A stretch of 64,000 nucleotides of DNA from Candidatus Iainarchaeum sp. GTDB lineage: Archaea > Iainarchaeota > Iainarchaeia > Iainarchaeales > CSSED10-239. The position numbers and the translations under genes are program-made. The notes under the pieces were generated by a model, which saw only the letters and a list, made by a program, of their open reading frames with translations, searched no databases and was not told where the DNA came from. Where the stretch lies: the NCBI GenBank assembly GCA_028700115.1, contig JAQVTI010000003.1, positions 2,714-66,713 of the forward strand, read 5' to 3'. Positions 10,606 to 21,129 of this stretch are shown here, in pieces. The first letter of the stretch is position 1, and each line of letters starts with the position of its first letter.

Positions 10606-10866
10606 CTATTCCTTATTAACTTGATTTTCATCAACAATAAAAACATCGCTTACAGCTAAAACACTTTTATAAGGAACTTCAAGCATATTTCCAGATAAAC
10701 TTAATTTTTGGATAAATGCAGAAGCAGGATCTACTTCAACTAATATTGATTCTATTTCACCAGTTTGCTCATTAACCATTAAATCAATTAATCTACCGAT
10801 ATTATCTCCTCTATTTGTAATTAATTTTTTAGTTGCTAATTGTCTTGCGATTGCGTATTTATACAT
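10606..10866 (-). CDS. PRC-barrel domain protein
   Basis: 86 aa. The stretch KLITNRGDNIGRLIDLMVNEQTGEIESILVEV fits the G-x-hG-x-h-x-D-h-hh-D/N-x-x-x-G-x-I pattern of PRC barrels. Confidence 0.65.
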   Translation of the reverse strand: MYKYAIARQLATKKLITNRGDNIGRLIDLMVNEQTGEIESILVEVDPASAFIQKLSLSGNMLEVPYKSVLAVSDVFIVDENQVNKE

Positions 10867-11050
10867 ACTAACTCCTCATTTATAATTTTTAATAAATATT
10901 ATTTATTATTATGGTTACTAAATACATTTAAAAAGTAATCGGTTTAACAATCCAAAATTTATATAAAATTAAAGAAATAAACCAAACTAAAATATATATA
11001 AATAATAAAGTTTATATATGTAATGCATAATAACTAATAATATAATTAAA

Positions 11051-11290
11051 ATGTTGATAAATATGTTAGAAATTAAAGAAAATAAAAAAATCAATAAAAA
11101 AATGTTAATTATTATAATAATTGTATTAATTATAGGATTTATTTTAGGACTTTTAGTAAGTAATAATATAGATTTAGACACTAGTTGTAAATCAGAAAAA
11201 CAAGAAATAGATATATTAAATAAAGAAATTAATAGTTGTATAAATTCACTTAATAATTATGACACAATAAAAATAGAACAAGGTAATTAG
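11051..11290 (+). CDS. Small single-pass membrane protein (hypothetical)
   Basis: 79-aa ORF with one clear TM helix (MLIIIIIVLIIGFILGLLV). There is no recognisable family. Its end overlaps the stop of the convergent DUF373 gene. Confidence 0.3.
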   Translation: MLINMLEIKENKKINKKMLIIIIIVLIIGFILGLLVSNNIDLDTSCKSEKQEIDILNKEINSCINSLNNYDTIKIEQGN

Positions 11291-12636
11291 ATTATTACCT
11301 TTCCTTTTTCTAAATAAAAATTTTTCTTAGAAATACTTTTTATGCCATTTGTAGTTTTATCCTTAAATCTAATTATATTTTTATCACCATCAATTGAAAC
11401 AACTTCACCTAAAAATAAACCATATTTAGAAAAAACTGGAAGACCTATTAATAAAGAAGTAACATCTGAAGAAATATCAAACATTTTTGTAAATCTACTT
11501 AATAGCAATAATAAAATTACAGAAAATAAAATTACAAAAATAAAATAAGTTAAAGTAATTTCATTAATAAAAAGTTGTAAAGAAAAATCTAAAATAGAAG
11601 CAATAATTAAAATAGAAAATAAAGAAAAAATATTTTTTCCAAGTAAAAATACTTTTTTAAAATAAAATATATCTATAATTGAAGCTATATTAAAAGTAAT
11701 AAACCCTAATACAAAATACAAAATTACTGCTCTAAAAATAGAAATTAACCTATACAATAAATCTAAACTATCATTTAAAGCAAAAAGATTAAAAACTTTA
11801 AAAATCCCAAAAATAATAAAAAACAAACTAGCTAAATAAAATGGAAAACTAATTCTTTGAAAAGAAAATTTAAACTTTAAATTATTAAATAAATTTAAAA
11901 AAAACTTATCTAATCTAAAACCTTTAATTAAAAAATAAAAACCAGCTAAAAAACCAATAATTTGAAGAGCATAACTTCTAACAAAAACAAAAAGTAAAAA
12001 AATAATTGCAGGAATACCATATACTATTCTTGCAAAAAATGGATCTCTTAATGCTTTTTTAATTGTATAAAAAGTACTTTCTAAACTTCTAGATTGTCTT
12101 ACAATAATTGTTTCTTTAGAAAGAATTGGAACATAATTTTGTAAAATAGGTAAAACAGCATCATCTTCAGCACCATCACTTATAAAAATAATTCCTGTAG
12201 CTGGATAAACTTCTAAAACTTTTTTTAGTTGATTTACAATATTTTTATCAGAAAAAAACATATTTTCTTTTGAATGCCCTGTTAAAGTTACAATTTCAAC
12301 ATCAATCTTATTTTTTGAAAGCTCTCTATATTTTTTTAAAGCCCCAAAAATACAATTTGCATCAGAATCTTCTGGATCTGTGATTGCAAATTCAGTAACT
12401 ACTTTTATATTTTTATTAAATCCAATTATTGGACCTTCAATATCAATTTTTTGACCAATATCATTATCTCTATCTACAGATACAATTAAAATTTTTTCCT
12501 CAGAAAAAGATTTATTTAAATTAAATATATCTTTAGAAATAAAATTATTTTTAGAATCAGAGAGAACTTTATTAGAATCTATTATAATAGTTTTTTTTTT
12601 AGAATTTATAGATTTAGAAACTTTTTTAACAACCAT
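11287..12636 (-). CDS. DUF373-family archaeal membrane protein
   Basis: The N-terminal soluble domain has ILIVSVDRDNDIGQK...ITDPEDSDANCIFGALK, the signature of DUF373. Multiple C-terminal TM helices follow. Confidence 0.7.
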   Translation of the reverse strand: MVVKKVSKSINSKKKTIIIDSNKVLSDSKNNFISKDIFNLNKSFSEEKILIVSVDRDNDIGQKIDIEGPIIGFNKNIKVVTEFAITDPEDSDANCIFGALKKYRELSKNKIDVEIVTLTGHSKENMFFSDKNIVNQLKKVLEVYPATGIIFISDGAEDDAVLPILQNYVPILSKETIIVRQSRSLESTFYTIKKALRDPFFARIVYGIPAIIFLLFVFVRSYALQIIGFLAGFYFLIKGFRLDKFFLNLFNNLKFKFSFQRISFPFYLASLFFIIFGIFKVFNLFALNDSLDLLYRLISIFRAVILYFVLGFITFNIASIIDIFYFKKVFLLGKNIFSLFSILIIASILDFSLQLFINEITLTYFIFVILFSVILLLLLSRFTKMFDISSDVTSLLIGLPVFSKYGLFLGEVVSIDGDKNIIRFKDKTTNGIKSISKKNFYLEKGKVII

Positions 12637-12798
12637 AATTATTATCTCAAATATAAATATAATTTTTTAAAAATAAAAAACATATTTTATAAAATATATA
12701 TTAACCCTTATATTTATATATTTAATTATTTTTAAAAAAATAGAAAGAAATAAAAATAAGTATAAGAACAATATATATAATGTAAATGGAGAAATAAA

Positions 12799-13767
12799 AT
12801 GAATCCAGATAAAACTAAAAACTTTTTTTTTACAATATCAATAATTATAATTATTGCAATTATATTTTTAATAATATATTTTGGAACAAAAATAGGAAAT
12901 ACAATATTATGGATATTATTAGTTATAGCAATAATATGGGGTTTATTTAAATTTAAAATAATATTAACCCTAAAAGATTATGAAAGAGCAGTAATATTTA
13001 GATTTGGAAAAGTAAATAGAGTAGGGGGTCCTGGATGGACATTTGTATTACCATTTATAGAAAAACCAAATATAGTTACACTAAGAGTAGAAACAATAGA
13101 TATTCCCCCACAAAATGTACTTACAAAAGACAACATACAACTTAGAATAGATGGAGTGTTATTTATATCAGTAAAAGATTCTAAAGAAAGTGTAGTAAAT
13201 TCAATTGTAAAAGTAGAAGACTATAGAAAAGCTGCAACAATGTATGTTATTGCAGTATTAAGAGATATTGTAGGAGAATTTGAATTAAAAGATGTAATTA
13301 CAAACATAGAGCAAATAAATAATAAAATAAAAACATCATTAATAGAAATATCCTCAGAATGGGGTATAAAAGTTACATCTGTAGAACTTACAGATATAAA
13401 AATTCCTGAAGATATACTTGCAGCAATGCATGAACAAAAAGCAGCAATTCAGAAAAAATTAGCAGTATATGAACTTGCAGAATCAGAAAAAGCAAAAATT
13501 TTAGCAGTAAAAGATGCTACAGACCAATTATCTGAAAAAACAGTAATTTATTATTATTTAAAAGCTCTTGAAAAAATGGCAGAAGGACAAGCATCAAAAA
13601 TTATATTTCCTATGGAACTTACAAATTTACTTGAAAAAGTAACAGACAATATAATTAATACAAAAACAAAAAAAATTATTCCAGAAAAAATAGAAAAAGG
13701 GTTAAATGAAAAACAATTACAAAAATATTTACCTCTTTTACAAAAATTTATACAAAATAAAAAATAA
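12799..13767 (+). CDS. SPFH/band-7 (stomatin/prohibitin-like) membrane protein
   Basis: N-terminal TM helices are followed by YERAVIFRFGKVNRVGGPGWTFVLPFIEK and a coiled-coil tail. A GGAG SD is present. Confidence 0.85.
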   Translation: MNPDKTKNFFFTISIIIIIAIIFLIIYFGTKIGNTILWILLVIAIIWGLFKFKIILTLKDYERAVIFRFGKVNRVGGPGWTFVLPFIEKPNIVTLRVETIDIPPQNVLTKDNIQLRIDGVLFISVKDSKESVVNSIVKVEDYRKAATMYVIAVLRDIVGEFELKDVITNIEQINNKIKTSLIEISSEWGIKVTSVELTDIKIPEDILAAMHEQKAAIQKKLAVYELAESEKAKILAVKDATDQLSEKTVIYYYLKALEKMAEGQASKIIFPMELTNLLEKVTDNIINTKTKKIIPEKIEKGLNEKQLQKYLPLLQKFIQNKK

Positions 13768-13779
13768 ACTTTGAAAAAA

Positions 13780-14400
13780 TTATTTTAAAAAATTATTTAA
13801 AAATGCATTTTCAAAATACTTTAATCTTTTAAAATTAAGTTCCATTTTTGTATTTGCCTTAGAAACAATTAAATTAAGATAAAAATCATCAACTAAAATT
13901 AAATTATCTTTCTTTACAGGAAGAGCCATAAATTGAGTATAAGTTACTTCAATTATAAATTTACCTTCATTAGAAGCGATAATTCCTGATTTTTTAAGAC
14001 CAAATTGTTGACAAAAATCTAAAATCTCTTTAGCCTTAATATAATCTTTTGCACCAAAATGAAAAATAAAAGGTTCTGCTTTTAACCAAATTTCTCCAGA
14101 AGTGTCTTCATTTAATGCAGATTTAATTTCATCAAAAGTCACAACCCTATGAAATCTTTTATGAAAATGAGATACTTTCTTAGACTCATTTTCATCAGTA
14201 GACAAAAGCATAATTCTTCCTGCACAACTACTAGATGTAAAAATATCTGGAATTTTTGTAATTTCTAAAAGAAAAGGTATGATTAATAAATCTGCTTTAT
14301 TTTCAGAAATTGCTTTTAAGAGAGTATTAGTATGATTTTTTTTAATCATATCATATTTTTGATCAATAGAATTTTTGGAAGTATTTTGCATAATTATCAC
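13780..14400 (-). CDS. taw3: tRNA wyosine-derivative methyltransferase Taw3/TYW3-like
   Basis: The conserved SSSCAGRI motif and the overall size fit TYW3/Taw3. Confidence 0.7.
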   Translation of the reverse strand: MIIMQNTSKNSIDQKYDMIKKNHTNTLLKAISENKADLLIIPFLLEITKIPDIFTSSSCAGRIMLLSTDENESKKVSHFHKRFHRVVTFDEIKSALNEDTSGEIWLKAEPFIFHFGAKDYIKAKEILDFCQQFGLKKSGIIASNEGKFIIEVTYTQFMALPVKKDNLILVDDFYLNLIVSKANTKMELNFKRLKYFENAFLNNFLK

Positions 14401-14501
14401 AAATTTATAAAATTTTTAAAAAAACTATATAATTAAAAAAATAAATAATTTTTTAAGTAGTATTATATGTAATATATATAAAAATATATTTAATAATAGA
14501 T

Positions 14502-15317
14502 GTGAAAAATATGAAAATAAATAAAATAATATTAATTATTGGAATTATAATAATATTTAGTACAAATTTATTTGCACTAAAAATGTTAGAACCAGAATAC
14601 ACAGATATAAATGACTTTAAAGAAATAGATTTAGGTTATTTTTCACCAGATGAAAGCTTCCTTATAAGCTTTTTAATAGAAAATAATGAAAATTATGATG
14701 ATATAAAAATAATGGACTATCAAAAAAATGACTTTATAATAGAAAAAACAAACAACACTAAAGAAAGTATATTTACAACAATAAAAATAAATAAAAAAAT
14801 AGAAGGAGAATATATATTAAATGTGATATTATTCTCAAAAAATATGCAAAAAAATATACCACTAAAAATAAATATTACAAATAATGTAGTACACACACAA
14901 ATAAATAAAATACAAAATAAAATAAAATATAACCAAATACAAGAAATAGAAATAACTGCATATAATAAATCAAATACAACAAAAAAAATATCAATAACAT
15001 CAAACCTACCAGATACATGGTTTAATAAAAACCAAAATAAATTAAAATATATGACTTTACAACCAAATAGTCAAACAAAAATAATTTATGAATATAGCCC
15101 TAAAGAAATAGGTTTAAGAAAATTTGAATTAAAAATAAATAAAATATTTGAAGAAACAAAAGATGAAAATAAAATAATTACATACAACTTAGAAATAGAT
15201 GTATTAAAAAATCTATTTGGAATATATGGATCTAGAGATCACAGCTTACCTTTATTTAATTCAAATATAATCCCTGTATATTACTTTAATAAAATTATAA
15301 AAATATTTAAAAATTAA
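14502..15317 (+). CDS. Secreted or surface protein, hypothetical
   Basis: N-terminal signal/anchor (KIILIIGIIIIFSTNLFA) followed by beta-rich, N/K/I-rich sequence. The start is GTG 14502 or ATG 14511. Confidence 0.5.
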   Translation: MKNMKINKIILIIGIIIIFSTNLFALKMLEPEYTDINDFKEIDLGYFSPDESFLISFLIENNENYDDIKIMDYQKNDFIIEKTNNTKESIFTTIKINKKIEGEYILNVILFSKNMQKNIPLKINITNNVVHTQINKIQNKIKYNQIQEIEITAYNKSNTTKKISITSNLPDTWFNKNQNKLKYMTLQPNSQTKIIYEYSPKEIGLRKFELKINKIFEETKDENKIITYNLEIDVLKNLFGIYGSRDHSLPLFNSNIIPVYYFNKIIKIFKN

Positions 15318-15332
15318 AAACAAAGACTAAAC

Positions 15333-16868
15333 ATGAATCAAAAATATAAAGAAAAAATAAAAATATTTTTTAAAAATAAAAATATAAAAAAAATAACAAA
15401 AGAAAATTTACAAAATTTAAAATCAGAATTTGCAAAAAAATACAATTTAAAAAAATTACCCTTAACATCAGATATAACAAATATATTGAAAATAAAAAAC
15501 CCAACAAAAACATTTATTACAAAACCATCAAGAACACTTTCTGGAGTCACAATAATTGCAGTTATGACAAAACCAGATGTTTGCCCAGGAAAATGTATTT
15601 TTTGCCCATCATATAAAGATGCTCCTAAAAGTTATACAGGATTTGAACCAGCTGCAATGAGGGGGGCAATAAATAATTTTGATCCATATAAACAAATAAA
15701 AGAAAGATTAAAACAATTAGAAGCAACAGGGCATCCAACTACAAAAATAGAAATGATAATTATGGGGGGTACCTTTCCATCTACTTCTATAGAATATCAA
15801 AAAGAATTTATGATAAAAGTATATCAAGCAATAACAGATTCTAAAAGCAAAAATATAGACCTACTTAAAAAAAAAGCAATGACATCAAAAAGAAGACTTG
15901 TAGGACTTACATTTGAAACAAGACCAGATTATTGTGATGAAAAAATAATAAGACGATTAATAGATTTTGGAGCAACAAGAATAGAAATTGGAGTTCAATC
16001 TACAGATAATAAAATACTTAAATATGTAAAAAGAGGACACGGAACAAAAGAATCTATAATTGCAACAGAAAAACTAAAAGATTCAGGATTAAAAGTACTT
16101 TATCATATGATGTTAAATTTACCTAAAAGCAATTATAAAAAAGATCTTAAAATGTTTGAAGAAATAACTACTAATGAAAAATATTGCCCAGATATGCTAA
16201 AAATATACCCTTGCTTAGTTACAAAATATACAGTACTTGAAAAAATGTATTATTCTGGAGAATACAAAGTATATGACGACCAAAAAACTATAAATCTTTT
16301 AGCAGATATTAAAGAAAAAATACCACGATGGATTAGAATAATGAGAATACAAAGAGATATACCTGCTACAAAAATAATTGGGGGTATTAAAAAAAGTAAT
16401 CTTAGAGAATATGTTAAAAAAGAACTAAACAAAAGAAACAAAAAATGTAAATGTATTAGATGTAGAGAACCAAATAAAAATAATACTAATATAGATTTTA
16501 AAAAATATGAAATAAAAATTGAAACATATAAAGCATCAAAAGGAATAGAATACTTTATATCAGCAGAAAAAGATGATGTGATTTTTGGATTTATTAGACT
16601 TAGAATACCTTATAAACCATTTTTAGAAGAATTAGATAAAAAAACAGCAATTGTTAGAGAATTACATGTCTATGGACAAGCAACCGAATTAGGTCAAAAA
16701 AACTTACAACATAGAGGAATTGGAAAAAAACTATTAAAAAAAGCAGAAGAAATAACAAAAGAAAATAAATTAAAAAAAATTGCAATAATTAGTGGAATAG
16801 GTGTAAGAGAATATTATAAAAAATTAGGATATAAACTAAAAAAAGCATATATGATAAAGGAATTTTAA
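15333..16868 (+). CDS. elp3: Elp3-family radical SAM / GNAT tRNA uridine(34) acetyltransferase
   Basis: Radical SAM cluster motif CPGKCIFCP, the typical Elp3 central region, and a C-terminal GNAT segment (HRGIGKKLLKKAEEI). Confidence 0.88.
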   Translation: MNQKYKEKIKIFFKNKNIKKITKENLQNLKSEFAKKYNLKKLPLTSDITNILKIKNPTKTFITKPSRTLSGVTIIAVMTKPDVCPGKCIFCPSYKDAPKSYTGFEPAAMRGAINNFDPYKQIKERLKQLEATGHPTTKIEMIIMGGTFPSTSIEYQKEFMIKVYQAITDSKSKNIDLLKKKAMTSKRRLVGLTFETRPDYCDEKIIRRLIDFGATRIEIGVQSTDNKILKYVKRGHGTKESIIATEKLKDSGLKVLYHMMLNLPKSNYKKDLKMFEEITTNEKYCPDMLKIYPCLVTKYTVLEKMYYSGEYKVYDDQKTINLLADIKEKIPRWIRIMRIQRDIPATKIIGGIKKSNLREYVKKELNKRNKKCKCIRCREPNKNNTNIDFKKYEIKIETYKASKGIEYFISAEKDDVIFGFIRLRIPYKPFLEELDKKTAIVRELHVYGQATELGQKNLQHRGIGKKLLKKAEEITKENKLKKIAIISGIGVREYYKKLGYKLKKAYMIKEF

Positions 16869-16871
16869 AAT

Positions 16872-17177
16872 ATGGAAAATAAAGACAAACTTATAAATAT
16901 ATTAGAAGAAGATCCTGAACTATACAAAATAATAAACTCAAAAGAAATTATGCAAATATTAGAACAAATAAAAACAAAACCACAAAAAAAAGAAGAAATA
17001 ACAAGAAAAATATATTTTAAAAAAGTATCTATACTATATAATATATTAGATATCCTTATTAAAAAAAAAATAATAAAAAAAATAGATATTGAAAATAAAG
17101 AAATATATTATATTACAGATAAGGGTAATGAATTTATGGACTTATGTTATATTGCAAAAAAGAAATATAATATTTAA
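16872..17177 (+). CDS. Small winged-helix DNA-binding protein (hypothetical)
   Basis: 101 aa. The pattern MQILEQIKTKPQKKEEITRKI...ILDILIKKKIIKKID..NKEIYYITDKG looks like helix-turn-helix plus a beta wing. Confidence 0.45.
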   Translation: MENKDKLINILEEDPELYKIINSKEIMQILEQIKTKPQKKEEITRKIYFKKVSILYNILDILIKKKIIKKIDIENKEIYYITDKGNEFMDLCYIAKKKYNI

Positions 17178-17196
17178 AAAAATTGGTGGTGAATAA

Positions 17197-17547
17197 ATGA
17201 AAACATTTTTAGGAGTCTTAAGTACAGGAAAAGGTACATGGGGGCAAGTAGCACACATTGTAGATAATACTGATTATCAAGAAGTTTATTTAATTTCAAA
17301 TGAATGGGCACAAGATAAATTTAGTTGTTCAAAAAAAGTAAATTGGATAATAATAGATCCAAGAAAAGGATTTAGTGAAATTTTAGGAGATATTGAAGAA
17401 CAATTCCCAAAAAATTTAACAGAAATAGATTTAAATATACATTCTGGAAGTGGAAAAGAACATAGTGCAATATTAGCAATATTACAAAAAAAGAAAATTA
17501 AATTTAATATAATAACTATAAATGCAGAAGGAATTATAAAATATTAA
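17197..17547 (+). CDS. Small Rossmann-like protein, possibly a minimal CARF-like domain (hypothetical)
   Basis: 116 aa with a beta-alpha-beta pattern. The N-terminal LGVLSTGKGTWGQV and late IDLNIHSGSGKEHSAILAIL resemble CARF/DUF1887-type (D/N)xTxGxK motifs. A strong GGTGGTG SD is present. Confidence 0.25.
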   Translation: MKTFLGVLSTGKGTWGQVAHIVDNTDYQEVYLISNEWAQDKFSCSKKVNWIIIDPRKGFSEILGDIEEQFPKNLTEIDLNIHSGSGKEHSAILAILQKKKIKFNIITINAEGIIKY

Positions 17548-17570
17548 ATTCCTTAAAAAGAGGTATTTAT

Positions 17571-20500
17571 TTGAAAAACTATAAAATTATAGTATTTATT
17601 TTTTTAATGCTACTGTGTGGGCTATCAGGATGTATTCATTTAATAAACACACAAGGAAAACAAGCCTGTATTTCGCTTACACATTTTTCAAATAACACCA
17701 TACCTTCTTGTAACACACAAAAAACATGCTATCAAAAAGTAGAAAATTTAAATTTTATTGAAGCAAAAACAACTATTTCTATAAATAATAACTTACTTAC
17801 ATATAAAAATGAATTAGCAAATGCATATTATCACTTTAATGAAAGTAAAAAAATATTAGAAACAATAAATAATGAATGTAAAAAAGAATTACCAAAAGAT
17901 ATAGAAAACACATTAAATGACTTTTTTTATTATTCTGGAAAAATTATCAAAAATATAGATTCTCTTTCTGAAAAAAGTATAATTTTATTACAAAATTGGT
18001 TATTATATTTAGATGACCAAGAAATAGAATTAATTTCTGAAGAAGAAATATATAAAGATTTTATAGTAATAAATCAAAATTTAAATGAACTTAGAGAAGA
18101 AACAAATCAAAATACATATATTGGACAATTAAATTATGAAATAAAAACATTACATGAAATCTCTACAAAATTTGGATTTAAAGAAACATACTTAAATGAA
18201 TCTGACTTTATAGATGTTTATAAATATTATTTAAAATTTGTAGAAGAAGATATAAATTCTATACTAATTCCCAAAATACTTAAAAGTTATAATTATCTTA
18301 TGACTAAAATATCAAAATCACATGATTTATTAAAAATAAATGAATTATTAGAAAAAGCAGACAATTATAATTATTACTTATTATTAGACAGATTTGTGGG
18401 AACAAATAAATCAATTACAACAGAATTTATTGAATTAAATAACAAAATAAATCTAGATTTAATAGAAATATATAATAAAATAGATACTATAGAAAAATAT
18501 ATAGAAGAAAATAAAGAAAATATAGATGTAGAAAAATATAATTATTTTGAAATAGATAAAAGAAAATTTAAAGAAAAAAAACAAACAATTGGAAAATATT
18601 TAAATAATTTAAAAAATATAGAAAATGAAATTAAGATTAATAAAAATCAAATAGAATTACAAGATAAAGAAATAATACAAAAAATAAAAGAATGTGATGA
18701 TATTATAGAGATTGCAAAAGAATATGAAAATAAATATTTTAAAAATCTTGTGAAAATATATGAAAATGGAAATAATCTTGAAAAAATATTAAGTTGTGAA
18801 CAAATTAAAGAAGCAATAAACGAAAAAGACAATTGTCTTATAACTTTAGAAAATATATTTGAATTAAACTTAGAAGAAATAGAAGAAATGCAAATAACTA
18901 ATTATACGGATCCAAAAAAATGTGAAGAAATACTTTATACAATTGAAGAAAAATTAAATTATAATATTTATATTAATTATTTAAATAAATTACTTTTAAA
19001 AAATCAAAAAATGATAAATAATATAGAAAAAGAATTAGAAGAAAATCAATTTGAAAAAATATTAATTATTAAAAAATATAAACACGAAATTGAAGATCAA
19101 ATAAAACAAAAAAATATATATAAAATAAAAGATATAGAACAAAAAATAGAATATCAAGAAAATATATCACAAGAAATGATTTTAATAAGTAAAGAAATAA
19201 TATATAATTTCCCGGAAAAATATGTAGATATAAAAAATATTAATGAAAAAATATATTTAATGATAAAAAACCCATTTGAATACGAATTAGAAGAAGTAGA
19301 AATTGAAAATAAATATGAAAACATAAAATTAATATCAAATAAATTAAGTAAATACAAAGAAAAAATAAAAATATCAAAACTAAAAATTAATGAAAATTAT
19401 TTTGAAATAGAATATATAAATAACAAATATATTTCACAAAACATAATATTACTTACAAAAGAATATGCATTAATTAAATTAAATATACAAAATGAAATTA
19501 ACAATATATGGGATAAAATTGAAATAGAAAATGTAATTGATGCAAGTGGAGATTTAGAATACTTTGATAAATTTAAGATATATTATCTAAGTAAAAAAAA
19601 TAATGAAATAATTTATAAAAAAGATATATTAAATAAAACAATAATTTCAGAAAATATAGAAGAAGTAAATGACAATTTATATTTATTAAAAGACACTTAT
19701 ACTTTAAAAAATGTATGGATAGAAGATTTAGTTTGGGATTTAGAAATAGAAAAAAGAAATGATAAAGAAGTTGTAATTATAAAAATAAACACAATAGAAA
19801 CAAATATATTTGAAAAAAACGGAAAAGAATATTTTACAATAGATATTAAAAAAAATAATATTAAAAAAATAGAAGAATACACATTAAGAAATAAAGAAGA
19901 TATAATTAGAGATATAGAAAATATAATAATTGAACTAAACGAACTAAAACAAAGTAAATTTGAAAATGTAAAAGAATTAATTAAAAATATAAAAATTACA
20001 AACATAAAAGATGAATATAATATATCAGAAATTAAAGAAATAATAAAATATAAAATAGAAATAGAAAATGCAAAAAAATTAGAAAAAGAATGTATAATAA
20101 TAGAAAAAGAATTTATAAAAATGTATTCTAAAATTTTACAAATAGAAATAGATGAGAAAACAAAAATAAAAATTGAAAATTTATCAGATACAAAATACAA
20201 AAATATTTTAAAAAATTATAACCTTTTAAAAGAAATATATGATGAAATATATATTGAACAAATATATAAAAAAGATCAACTACAAAAAGAAAATTTAATA
20301 AAAATTGAAGAAATTAAAGAAAAAATAAAATATTTAGATGAATATAAAATATATGAAAATAAAATTAAAGATATAGAATATAATAAAGAATATAATAAAA
20401 TTACAGAACTAGAAATAGAAATAGAACAACAAATAGAAGAAAAAGCAAAAAAAATATATTTAAATATAATAGAAAACACACAAAATTTAAATGAAGAAGA

Positions 20501-21077
20501 ATTACAAAAATTAATTGAAAAAATAATGTGGGTATTTACAGATTTTAGTTTAGAAGAATTATATAGTATAAAATATTACCCTATAATTACAGAAAAAGAT
20601 ATAGATAGAATTGAAAAAAAACAGAAAATTTTAGATACAATTACATTTAATAAAGAAATTGATGAATACATAGAAAACTATGAAAATGAAGAATATTTTT
20701 TAGCAATTAAAAAAATAGAAATAGAAACTTTAAAAAAATTAGAAGAATTAAATCTTGAAAAAAAATTATTAGAAGAAGGATTAGAAAATATAAAAAACGA
20801 TTCAAAAAAAGAATTAACCAATTTTATACAAGAAAATGAAAAAGAAGTTGAAATAATTAATGATCTAAAAAATAATTATGAAGAAGGTAAATATTTAAAT
20901 GTAATTGCAAAAATTAGAACTCAAAAGATAGATGAAAAAACAAATAAATTAACTTATTTAATACCAATTGTAATTGTAATTATAATATCCTTATTTTATA
21001 TGTATAATAGATTAGAAATAAAAGAAAAAAAAGAAAAAAATATAAACAAAAAGAAAAAAGTCATAAGACATAATTAA
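17571..21077 (+). CDS. Giant coiled-coil surface protein with a lipobox-type signal peptide and a C-terminal TM anchor
   Basis: 1168 aa with a TTG start. The N-terminus IIVFIFLMLLCGLSGC has the L-S-G-C lipobox pattern. About 1100 aa of E/K/I/N-rich heptad-like sequence follow. The C-terminal TM helix (LIPIVIVIIISLFYMY) has a basic tail. Confidence 0.6.
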   Translation: MKNYKIIVFIFLMLLCGLSGCIHLINTQGKQACISLTHFSNNTIPSCNTQKTCYQKVENLNFIEAKTTISINNNLLTYKNELANAYYHFNESKKILETINNECKKELPKDIENTLNDFFYYSGKIIKNIDSLSEKSIILLQNWLLYLDDQEIELISEEEIYKDFIVINQNLNELREETNQNTYIGQLNYEIKTLHEISTKFGFKETYLNESDFIDVYKYYLKFVEEDINSILIPKILKSYNYLMTKISKSHDLLKINELLEKADNYNYYLLLDRFVGTNKSITTEFIELNNKINLDLIEIYNKIDTIEKYIEENKENIDVEKYNYFEIDKRKFKEKKQTIGKYLNNLKNIENEIKINKNQIELQDKEIIQKIKECDDIIEIAKEYENKYFKNLVKIYENGNNLEKILSCEQIKEAINEKDNCLITLENIFELNLEEIEEMQITNYTDPKKCEEILYTIEEKLNYNIYINYLNKLLLKNQKMINNIEKELEENQFEKILIIKKYKHEIEDQIKQKNIYKIKDIEQKIEYQENISQEMILISKEIIYNFPEKYVDIKNINEKIYLMIKNPFEYELEEVEIENKYENIKLISNKLSKYKEKIKISKLKINENYFEIEYINNKYISQNIILLTKEYALIKLNIQNEINNIWDKIEIENVIDASGDLEYFDKFKIYYLSKKNNEIIYKKDILNKTIISENIEEVNDNLYLLKDTYTLKNVWIEDLVWDLEIEKRNDKEVVIIKINTIETNIFEKNGKEYFTIDIKKNNIKKIEEYTLRNKEDIIRDIENIIIELNELKQSKFENVKELIKNIKITNIKDEYNISEIKEIIKYKIEIENAKKLEKECIIIEKEFIKMYSKILQIEIDEKTKIKIENLSDTKYKNILKNYNLLKEIYDEIYIEQIYKKDQLQKENLIKIEEIKEKIKYLDEYKIYENKIKDIEYNKEYNKITELEIEIEQQIEEKAKKIYLNIIENTQNLNEEELQKLIEKIMWVFTDFSLEELYSIKYYPIITEKDIDRIEKKQKILDTITFNKEIDEYIENYENEEYFLAIKKIEIETLKKLEELNLEKKLLEEGLENIKNDSKKELTNFIQENEKEVEIINDLKNNYEEGKYLNVIAKIRTQKIDEKTNKLTYLIPIVIVIIISLFYMYNRLEIKEKKEKNINKKKKVIRHN

Positions 21078-21129
21078 AAAAGAATTGGTTCTATATTATA
21101 TTTGTAATATAAAAATTATTGGGATATAT

